Below are positions 36,501 to 47,700 of a stretch of DNA of 64,000 bases, piece after piece. The translations under genes and the position numbers were made by a program. The DNA is taken from NCBI GenBank assembly GCA_043228905.1, contig JBHGNT010000017.1, positions 10,230,001-10,294,000 on the forward strand, written 5' to 3'. The notes under the pieces were generated by a model, which was not told where the DNA came from, made no database searches, and worked only from the letters and a program-made list of their open reading frames with translations. Position 1 is the stretch's first letter. Each line of letters opens with the position of its first letter. Source of the stretch: Azolla caroliniana (taxonomy: Eukaryota > Plantae > Polypodiophyta).

Positions 36501-39500
36501 TTCTCCTCCAGCATTGCCCGTGCCGCTTCCACAACCGACCGATTTTTCCTCTCGGCCACGTTGTTTTGCTCCGGCGTGTATCTACAACTGAATTGTTAGG
36601 AAACAAGTCCCTTCGGATGGGAAGACCCGGTGAGAACCGGGTGATGAGTACCCGGAAACGGGAGACCTGTTGAGAACCGGATGTGAAGTACCCGGAAACG
36701 GAAGACCCGGTGAGAACCGGATGTGGAGTACCCGGCAACGGAAGACCCGGTGAGAACCGGACGTGGAGTACCCGGCAACGGAAGACCCGGTGAGAACCGG
36801 ATGTGGAGTGCTCACCGGAACAAGGGACATATTCGTAAATATGTTTTCTAAGAACCTCGGTGCTTCACTATTGTACATTCTGATCTAGTGATTGTTTGCA
36901 GTCTGTGGGCTGCCATGGTTTTTCCCTAGTTTGGTTTTTCCACGAGAACATCCTGTGTTCTCTTCTCTTCACTGTGTCGTGCGTTCACTATCCGTTTTCT
37001 GTGTTTCATCCTTGGCTCGGTTGTGGCTGAGCGTTGTTCCTGTCAAAGTGGTATCCGAGCAAAACGACACAGAAAATGGACGAATCGTTGGGAGGCATGT
37101 GCAAGCTCACCGGCTCCAACTATTCGGTGTGGAAGTCGAAGATGAGGGACATGCTCGTGGTTAAAGATCTTTGGTTGCCGGTTCAATTCGGGGACAAGAG
37201 ACCGGACAAAATCAACGCCACGATATGGGAGGTGATGCACATGAAGACAACGGCGTACATACGGTGCTTCATCGACATGAGTCTATACAATAACTTCAAT
37301 GAAGAGAGCAAGGCTCATGAGCTCTGGGAGAAGATCAGCATTATGTTTCAAAACAAAAATGTTGTTAATTAGGTTTCGGTATTTCGGAAGCTAGTAAGTC
37401 TTCGGTACCAAGATGGCTTCAGCATGGCGGAGCACATGAATGCCTTCCAGGGGCTGATCCACCAGGCAACGTCATTGGAAGTACCTCTAGGCGATGAGGT
37501 ACTAGCGCTACTCCTGCTCGGTTCCCTCCCAAATAGCTGGGAGACGTTGGTTGTCACCTTGGGCAACGCCAGGCCGGAAGGGAAACGGTTATCCCTAACA
37601 AGAGTGAAGTCGAGCTTGCTAGATGAGGAGGCGCGTCAGAAAGATAAGGATACGAGCTCCGACTCCAAAGCACTCCTTACCGAATCGGAACGTGGAAGAC
37701 ACAGGAACCGTAGCCCCAGAACCGAGAAAAGTCGGGGATACGGTCAAAGTAAAGGGGGAGGCCTACTTGCTTCTATTGCGGCAAGCCGGGACACTTCTAG
37801 AAGAACTGTTGGCACTTCCGAAAAGACAAGGAAACCGATGGTACCGATTCGAAGCGAACACCGGACCGAAACGGTAAAGACCGGAGGGGGCCGGATCGGA
37901 CGGGAATGACGGCAATCGTGGCAAGTGAAGAAGAGTTGATGCTCATCACCGAGGAGAGTGAGCTAAACCTTGCAGGCGACGAGATGACCTGGGTGGTCGA
38001 CTCCGGAGCGTCGTTCCACCTTACCCCGGAACGGAAATGCTTCTCATCCTACTCAGCCGATGATCACGGTGTCGCGAAGATTGTGGTTGTGTGTCGCAAC
38101 CGCTGGGGTTCTATGACTCGGGGATGATCGGGGTGAAAACGCGTAATCGCAAACGTTGCGATGACAAGAAGCCGAGAAGGCAAGATAAATGCGACGTTGT
38201 CGCGAAAAGAATTTTACTTGTAAAACAACCACTTACAATATTTATTTGCCAAAAGTTACTTGGCAAGACTTGAACTCACAAACTCTATTTGAGAAGAAAT
38301 GTTTGAGATAGACCACTTCAATCTCTTTGCTTTCTTTTTATTTGTCTTTTTCTTTCACTTTATATATACTAAATTTATCGTACAAAATTTGATTACCAAA
38401 AGAAGTTATTTGAAGAGGATTCAAACTCACGATCTTTTGTTTACAAAGAGGCATTTGAGATACACCACTTTAACTTCTTCCTTTTCTTGTATCCACTTTC
38501 TTTTCTTTAACTCTTGTCTTGATTTATGTAGGCCACCATCTTCTTTGGCGAGCTCTGCATCCCATACGCACGCGAGTTTCTTCACTCACTTTTCCTTCTT
38601 TTCCTTCTCATTCTGCTCCCCTCTCTTTAGACACCATAGGCATGGCTTCTATAGGGTGGTCAACCGCCCTACCGCCGTCTTGAGGCGGTTGTATTTTTAT
38701 TTTTATTTTCTTTATTTATTGATGCTACAATTCAATTTTATAGTTCTATATTTAAGAGATTATAGAAATAGCCCTTATTTAATTTTGACTCCCCCTTTTG
38801 ACATAATTACATTTTTGTCCCAAGTAACATTAATCCTTCCGAAGCTTGTATGTTGGGCTTCTGAACTCCGATTCACGAACCGAAAATTCATTCATGCTCC
38901 TTGTCATAAGCTCCAGGTGGGAAATGTACTTCTATAGATTTTTGACATTGTTTTCACATCGTGAAGTGTCAACTTCACGACACCCACCCCCTCTGAACTT
39001 GCACACCTATGGGCGAGTTCACACCACTTCATTTTGATCCTCTTCGAAAAATTCTTCATCCTCGTTTTCTATGAGACTAGGTTTGGTGTCTTCTCTTCTT
39101 TTAAAAATCTTTATTCTTTTTCCCGCAATTGGTGTCTTAATCCCAGTCCCATCCAACTCATTTAGGTAGTAGGTAGCCTTATCAGTCACCTTCCGTACTT
39201 CGTAAGGCCCAAACCACCATTTTGCGAACTTCCTCATTGTACTGTACTAGTTCTTGAGGCTACTATCCAGTACCAACACCCAGTCTCCTTCTTGGTCTTA
39301 ATCTATTTACTTTGTCAAATCTTGCTTTGTTCTTTATCCGAGCTTCCTTCAATTTCTTAGTAGCCTTTTCTACATCTTCTGCTTGACATTGTAGTTGTCG
39401 GATACGAACTGCTAGCAAGTCTTCTCTACTCATCTTTGACTCCCATGGTAGCATTGCCCATGTATCAATCTTCTCTTCAATCAGCATCATCGGCCTTTGT

Positions 39501-42382
39501 CCTGTCATGAGCTCTATCGGCATATATCCTGTCACCAAATTGAGTGTGGTCCTATCCGCCCACAATGCATATGGCAAGACCTTTGGCCAATTACCTACTT
39601 TGCCTTTACATGCTTTTGCAAGTGCTTTAACTATCGGGCTATGACCTCTTTCTATCTTTCCATTTGCCTCAGGATTATATGTTGTGGTCAATGATAACCG
39701 AATTCCAATTCTATCAAAGAACTCTCTTGCTTCATCAGAATTGAGCTCACCTCTATCAGCCACTATCTTCCCTATACACCCATACCTACATATTATATCC
39801 TCTAATATGAATTGACATACTGCCGATGTGGTCTTCGATCTTAGTTCTCTTCCTTCAACTTGATTTCTAAGGTCTTCTATAGTGAGTACCAAGAACTTCT
39901 TTTGACTTGCCCCCATTGGCATTGCCACTATATCAACCATCCACTTGTAATGTATATTCGGCGAATAGGTTGGGTGCAACTCATCTCTATGCTTAATGTT
40001 GGGGTAGATTTGACAGGTTGGGCATGTCTCGAAATACCTCTTGATTTCGTTGTAGAATCTTGGCCACCAATATCTTTCCTTTATTTTACTAAATGTTGCC
40101 CAGACTCCATGGTGTCCAGCCCACTCCCTATCATGTAATTCCTTTAATATCTGCTCCCGCTGCACTTGGTCACAGATAACCCGTTGTGGATTTCCCATTT
40201 TATACTTTGGGTGCCTCCAAAGATAACCTTGGTGCAAGAAAAATCGGTGTGCCTTCTTTCGGAAATTTGAGAAGTTTCTCCCACTCCAAGTTCCTTCCTT
40301 CCATGGTGCTTGTAGATACTTCCCGATTTCCTTAAACTCTTCATTATACTCTTCTTCTTTAAACTCATGTTCTTCATGTGGCTCACCCCCTCTAATTGCA
40401 TTTATGACCAAAGCTGATTCTTCTTCGTCGCTATCTGATTCTGCCACTTCTTCTTTTTCATATTTTGCTCTGGATAACATATCAACCATTGCATTCTTCT
40501 CACCAGATATATGTCGAACATTTGGGTTGATGGTTTTGATGTAGATACACCACCTAAGCATTGCTTGGTCTGGAATATTGCAATTTGCAATAATCCCCAG
40601 AATTGGCAAGCAATCTGTCTCCACAATCACCTCAGCACCTACCAGATAGTCCCTATCCGTCTTGATAGCAATGATTATCCCCTAGAGCTCTCTCTTCACT
40701 TGCGCATACTTTCGTTGACGTCCGTTAAGTACCTTCGCACCAAATCGAATCGGATGTCTTTCTCCTTCCTCATCTTGTTGGTTTATTACCCACCCGATTC
40801 CAATCGGACTTGAGTCAACTGTAAGGATTATTGGTTGGGTGTAGTCAGGTTGTTTCAATGCAGGAGCTTTAGCCAGATTCTCCTTCAGTCTTTTAATTGT
40901 ATTTGAGTATTCTTCTGTCCACTCAAATGCTTCCCCTTTTCTTAATAGCCGATACAATGGATCTGATATGTGGGCATAATGTGGAATCCACTTGCAATAG
41001 AAGACACATGCACCCAAGAACCTCCGAACTTTAGATACAGAGTTGCATTCTTCTTTCATATTCTATATTGCGTTGATCTTTGTTGGTGTTGGCTTTCTTC
41101 CGTATCTCCCACACATATGTCCTACCACTAGTACTTCTTGAACCCTGAATATTGATTTTGGAGCTGAAAGTGTTAGGTGTACCTCCTCTAGTCTTGAAAG
41201 CACTTTATCACAATCTTCTATGTGATCCCTGACGAACTTCTGAGATCCACTACTATCCAATTCTTCATTCTTCATTCTTTCCTCGCATCCTTTAATGGGT
41301 ATATCATCCAAGAAAGGCATGGTTATGTGAGGAATAAAATCTCGGAAAACTTTGTGCATACCATTCATCATGTGAGCGACCGAGTTGGTCGCACCTTGAG
41401 GTAGGGTACACATTCGAAGTAATCCAATAGGAGTCCTAATGGAGGTGATATCCCAACTACCGACCGCAAGCTGGAACTGGTCATATCCGGAGTAGAGATC
41501 ACCCATAGAGTAGATCGCTCTTCCAGTGAACATCTCTGCAAACTCATCTACTATCGGCCCTACTCCTAAATTCCGGATAGTAACTTGATTCATAGGTTGC
41601 ATGTCTTGAATGAATCGAAGCCACCCATCCTTCTTTTGCACCGTAAACCATCTACTCGAGTATGGAGCGTTTGATGGTTCCAAGATGCCCATGTCCATTT
41701 TCTTTTTTAGAAGCTCGATTAATTGCGGTATCCTTGCTCTTGGCACTGGGATTGGCTTCAGATTCCACGGAATGTGTGGGATCGTGAAGATGACCATTGG
41801 TTCAACTACTTTCGGATTCACACATCCAATTTCTTCAGGGTTGAAGGAGAATGCTTTCCCATGCTGCCCTAGCATTTTTCTGAATTCTGCTTCTTCTATA
41901 GGTGTTACGAAGTCCTCCCCTCCAATTCTTAGTTCTTTAATTGTTTCTTCCGTGAACTTGTGCCCAATTCTCTTTGGATCCCGAAGAATTGGCTCGGTCG
42001 ACACCTCCTTCATTATCTTTTCACTGTCTTCTGGAAGTGGTGTTGCTGTTGGCCGGACCTTCTTCTCCACCGTTTTGTACTTGGTGTTTATTCGAGCTTC
42101 TTCATTTTGAACATACTCCTTGATGGTTTTGAATAGCTCGATGGAATTTACCACAACTTCAACTTCATCATCTTCCGTCATTAGAGACTCCAACTCTCCT
42201 ACTGTATCTTTAAAACAATATTCTTCAAATATATTCACTAATTTTTCTTCTGAATCTATCATACCTCCACCTTGTAATTCTTTTTCTATTTTTCGGAATT
42301 TCTTTCCTTTGAAATCTTCTATTATAGTTGTGCCATCTACCGACGCAACATATAATTTACCGTTATCTTCAATGCTATGAAT

Positions 42383-42445
42383 GGGGCTTCTTACCTCCCT
42401 CAGGCCATCACAGCCCCTTTTTGTAAGGGCCCGCTCTAGAAATCC
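42383..42445 (-). promoter_or_regulatory. Putative -1 ribosomal frameshift signal (G GAT TTC plus downstream stem or pseudoknot)
   Basis: Heptamer immediately before the protease stop; -1 frame is open from there into the RT ORF; GGGCC/GGCCT and GGGGCT/AGCCCC pairings. Confidence 0.6.
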
Positions 42446-44739
42446 TGTACGAAATCCCCCACATCTCGTAGTGGATGATCTCGTAGATTCTCCTTATTCC
42501 TCTCATGATTTGGTCGAACAGTAAGGAACTGTACTAACCTCTTCCCATCCTGGCTTCGAATCCTAGCAAATGCCGCTCCATTATCAATCACATTAGTCTC
42601 CATCCGCACTGTTGTGATGTACAGTTGCCCTAGAATTATTGGATAAAAGGACTTCTCCTGGACGAAGAAGATTTGATCTACTGACACGTCCCCAATTGTA
42701 ACTTTAATATTTGGGCATGCGCCACATAAATCCTGCACAACCTCAGTCGCTGCTCTCACCTTCCAACTGTGGTTCCTTTCTATTGGACATCTCCCACAAT
42801 TGTAGAAATAAGATGATATGATCTTAATCTCGGAGCCGTGGTCGATGAGTGCCACACATGATTCCATCTGATCTCCAATTCTGACAGGAGCCTCGGTTGT
42901 CGCCCGCGCCCAATGTGTGCGGGTGTAATGGCTTCATTCCTCTTCATGACTACATTGTGTGTCAGCACTCCGTACCCCGTCTAACAATGCAGTCTCCATA
43001 TCTTCATCTTCCTCACGTATCATGACGGTATTTTTTCCACCCGTTTCTTCAACCACTTGTCTTTTCCTCCGAATCACATCAATGATCACTTCATGAAATT
43101 CCTTCTTTGCGATCCCTAGTACTTCTCGGAGTGTTAACTCAACTTTACTATCGAGAATCCTTGATTCTAGCACATGCTTTAGGTCGGTGAATGTTTCGAT
43201 GTTGGAGGCGAGTTTGAATGACGGGGCTATCTTTTGCTTACCTTTGTCTTCTTTCATCGCCTCCGCAGCAACTCGTTCAGTTTCTCGTCTCTTTTGTTCT
43301 CGGGTCTCGGGTTTTCTAGAAGGTCCCGCTTCTTCAGTTCTCCTTCGTTTTTCTTCGATTGTCACCTCATGGGCATTCACCCCTACTATCTTGGCGATCG
43401 CAATGAGTGAATCTACTGGGTCATTCCACCCAGTACTACTCGTTATCTCGTCACCAGCCTTTCGTAAGTCTTGTGGCTTGACTCTTTTGTCAGTAGCAGA
43501 CTTTATCACTTTTCCCCAGAATCCTGATTCAATCTAGGGATCATCGACCTTCAATCCGGAAGTAGTCAAAACGTACATTGCCTGAACATTCTTCGACTCT
43601 TCGTCCTCCATCACTTTCTTCATTCCACCTTTGCCAAAGTTGGTTTTTAGGGGTTGTCGGGTCTCCGAGGAGTGGATTCTCCCATTTTGATAGAAGATAA
43701 TGTTTCTTTCTAACGCTTCCTTATGGCTCTGACAATCCCTTTTTTGGTGCTTCGTGTTATCGCACCATATGCATCGGCGGATGAATTCACCCTTTTCTCC
43801 TTCATTGGGCTTTTGTCGAACACCTGAGCTTTCCCCCTTCTCAAGCTTTGTGAACTTGAGTTGTAGATCCCATAATCCCTTTATCAGATCATCAATCGTA
43901 GACTCTAGCTCCTTTCCTTTGCCAACATCCATTCGGGTTCCTGATTCTTGTTTTGGATGTTCTCTGGCTATTGTCTTTATTCTATTGTCATAGCCATCCT
44001 CCATCCTTAGCGCCCTCCTTCTTAGTACTCGACAAGCCTCGAGTACTTCCGCCCAATCGGACACCAAACCGGTTGTGCTTGTCCGGTCTTCAAGAAGGAT
44101 GGTCATATCTTTTCTAAAAGATTTATTTGTCGCTCGGAAGAATAAATCCACCTTCTCTGATTGTAGTAGTTCTCGGTCTCTTACCGATAGCTCATTATAT
44201 CTTTTCTCAAACTCTCTTAGCAATTCTGAAACTAAGAGTCCTTTAACCCCTTTCTCGGTCCATTCGAGAAAGCTCTTCTTTGACATTCGGGTCCGGTCGT
44301 CTAGCATGTATTCATCAAGCAATGCTTGACGGAACCCGGCCCAATCTTCACGAAATCTCTCCGATAATTCCGTTACCCTTGCTCGGACATCAAATGTGCA
44401 TACCCGATTGATGCACGAGACCATTTGTTCTCCGGTTGCCCCTCTACTGGCCATCTCATATTCGTAGACCTCAAGGAACCGAGTGACGTCCTCGCCATTA
44501 AATTTGTTTATCCTCTCGATGACCGTTTGTACAGCGAGCGTTAACTCACTTTCCATCCAGTTCATTGCACTTTGCTCTTGAAGCATCCAATTCATCATCG
44601 TCATCATGAAACTTGCCATCTCTTCATTGAAGCCCTTATTTGCCATCTCTGTGTTGGCACCTTTATCCGCCATTTTCTTTGATTTTCCGACCTTCTCTTT
44701 GTAAAACTTTAAGATCAAAACTCCCCTTGTCAACGACAC

Positions 44740-44756
44740 TTCACTCGGGTTCACCA
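44740..44756 (-). promoter_or_regulatory. Primer-binding site of D, tRNA-Trp-like
   Basis: Plus strand TTCACTCGGGTTCACCA versus recalled plant tRNA-Trp 3' end TTCACGTCGGGTTCACCA. Confidence 0.7.
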
Positions 44757-47700
44757 AATTTGTGTCGCGAAGATTGTGGTTGTGTGTCGCAACCGCTGGG
44801 GTTCTGTGACTCGGGGATGATCGGGATGAAAACGCGTAATCGCAAACGTTGCGATGTCAAGAAACCGAGAAGGCAAGATAAATGCGACGTTGTCGCGAAA
44901 AGAATTTTACTTGTAAAACAACCACTTACAATATTTATTTGCCAAAAGTTACTTGGCAAGACTTGAACTCACAAACTCTATTTGAGAAGAAACATCTGAG
45001 ATAGACCACTTCAATCTCTTTGCTTTCTTTTTATTTGTCTTTTTCTTTCACTTTATATATACTAAATTTATATTACAAAATTTGATTACCGAAAGAAGTT
45101 ATTTGAAGAGGATTCAAACTCACGACCTTTTGTTTACAAAGAGGCATTTGAGATACACCACTTTAACTTCTTCCTTTTCTTGTATCCACTTTCTTTTCTT
45201 TAACTCTTGTCTTGATTTATGTAGGCCACCATCTTCTTTGGCGAGCTCTGCATCCCATACGCACGCGAGTTTCTTCACTCACTTTTCCTTCTCTTCATTC
45301 TCCTTCTCCTCCCCTCTCTTTAGCCACCATAGGCGTGGCTTATATAGGGTGGTCAACCGCCCTACCGCCCTCTTGAGGCGGTTTGTCAACCGCCTCATGC
45401 AAGGCGGTTGTATTTTTATTTTTATTTTCTTTATTTATTGATGCTACAATTCAATTTTATAGTTCTATATTTAAGAAATTATAGAAATAGCCCTTATTTA
45501 ATTTTGACTCCCCCTTTTGACATAATTACATTTTTGTCCCAAGTAACATTAATCCTTCCGAAGCTTGTATGTTAGGCTTCTGAACTCCGATTCACGAACC
45601 GAAAATTCCTTTATGCTCCTTGTCATAAGCTCCAGAAGGGAAATGTACTTCTATAAATTTTTGACATTGTTTTCACATCGTGAAGTGTCAACTTCACGAC
45701 AACAGCTGTATCCGGATGGGGAATGAAGGTACGTGCCAAATTGTCGTCATAGGAGACGTGTGGTTGACAACACCAACCGGATGTAAGTTGCTGCTGAAGG
45801 ATGTCCGACATGTTCCGGAGGTTTGTTTGAACCTGATATCAGTCGGTCGGCTAGATGATGAAGGCTACACGAGTAGCATCCAGAACGGTGTTATGAAGTT
45901 CAACAATGGGAGCCTGATTGTGGCTCGGGCCCGGAAGGTAGACACGTTGTACCTGATGAATGGCCGGTTATGCCCGGAAGAAGTGAACGTGGCATCTGAC
46001 ACTGCTGGTGAGCTGTGGCACAAGAGAATGTGTCACATGAGCGAGAAGGGGATGAAGAGGCTTGCAGAAGACAACCTCATTCCAGTGAAGCAAGTGCACT
46101 TGGAGAAGTGCACTGATTGTCTGGCCGGTAAACAAAATCGGACCTCCTTCCGATCGAGGCCATCGATGAGACGTAATGCACCACTGGAGTTGGTGCATAC
46201 TGATGTATGTCAAGTGGACACAAAGTCACATGCCGGATCGCAGTACTTTGCGACATTCATATATGATCACAGCTAGAAGCTGTGGGCCACACCGTTGAAG
46301 ACGAAGGATCAGGTGTTATCCGTCTTCAAAGAGCTCCACGCGAGTGTGGAAAGAGAAACCGGCCGGAAGCTGAAGGTGGTTCGAGCAGATAACGCAGGTG
46401 AATAACGGGGGGCAGTTCGAGGAGTACTGACGGATGTGGAAGCCAGATCGGAGAGGAAAACTAGATCCGAAGACCCGGCCATGCATATTCCTCGGTTACG
46501 GCAACGATGAGTTCGGCTACCAAGTGTGGGACCTGGTCGACAAGAAGGTATTCCGGAGTTGAGATATTATCTTCATGGAGGACAAGACGCTCGCCGACTG
46601 GGAGTCGGAGAAGAAGATAACGAACTCTGAGTCGATCAGTAAGGATCGTTTCTACGGTGAGCAGTCCCAACCGGCAAGAGACTGGTTAGCACTCGAGGAA
46701 CCAGCCGATTACGATGAGGATACCAAACTGGCAGAAGAAGTAGTAGAGGAAGCTGAAACCGGAACCAGCCAAGACCCCGAATCAGATTCGGATGAAGAGC
46801 AAATGGAGGAGCCGGTTACCGAAGCCCAAAGATGGAGATATCCTCTCAGAGAGAGAAGGGCCCCCTGGAGATTTCCAGATGCAAAGCATGTGCTGCTAAT
46901 CGATGAGGGGGAGTTAGAAAGCTTCGAAGAAGCGAAGGATGACACCCACAGCCGAAAATGGTTATGTGCCATGCAGGATGAGATGGATGCCTTGCATGAG
47001 AACCAGACGTACGAATTGGTGGAGTTGCCGAAAGGAAGGCGGGCACTCCGAAACAAGTGGGTGTACAAGTTGAAACCGGGAGATGTCGGCAACCCCCCGA
47101 GATACAAAGCCAGGATCGTGGTGAAGGGGTTCCAGCAGAAGAAGGGTGTGGACTTCGACGAGATATTTGCCACGGTAGTAAAGATGACCTCCATCCGGAC
47201 GGTACTGAGTATAGCGGTAGGCATGGACCTCGAGGTAGAGCAGCTGGACGTGAAGACGGCATTCCCTCACGGTGACCTCGAAGAGGAGATCTACATGTAG
47301 CAACCGGAAGGATTCGTGGAGAAAGGGAAGGAGCAACTGGTTTGCCGGTTGAAGAAGAGCTTGTACGAACTGAAGCAGGCTCCCCGACAATGGTACCGGA
47401 AGTTCGACTCCTTCATGACCGATCAAGGGTACCACAAGACGCAGGCCGATCACTGCGTGTTTGTGAAGAAGTTCGAAGGAGGCGACTTCCTATTACTCCT
47501 TTTGTACGTGGACGACATGTTGACCATCGGACAGAACCAAGCCAGAATATGGATGCTGAAGAAGGCTCTCAACCGGACCTTCTCAATCAAAGACTTGGGT
47601 CCGGTTGAGAACTAGATGTGGAGTACCCGGCAACGGAAGACCCGGTGAGAACCGGATGAGGAGTACCCGGCAAGAGCCGGATGGCGAAGACCCGGTGAGA

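Larger units (their letters stand above)
38070..45701 (-). mobile_element. Ty3/gypsy element D, near full length, nested in the protease of B2
   Basis: LTRs 38070-38982 and 44763-45701 (TGTCGCGAAG...CTTCACGACA); PPT from 38983; gag 43534..44757 with CIWC..H..C; protease ALIDHGSE; RT FLDD in 41063..42262; RNase H and integrase 39019-41059. Confidence 0.95.

Noticed and set aside
38299-38937. 212-aa Phe-rich membrane-like ORF
   Set aside because: Antisense read of T-rich LTR sequence; frame not conserved in the other LTR (45082..45441).
41610-42110. Long antisense ORFs over pol (also 10682..11086, 46709..47224)
   Set aside because: Shadow ORFs of the coding strand with no recognisable motifs.
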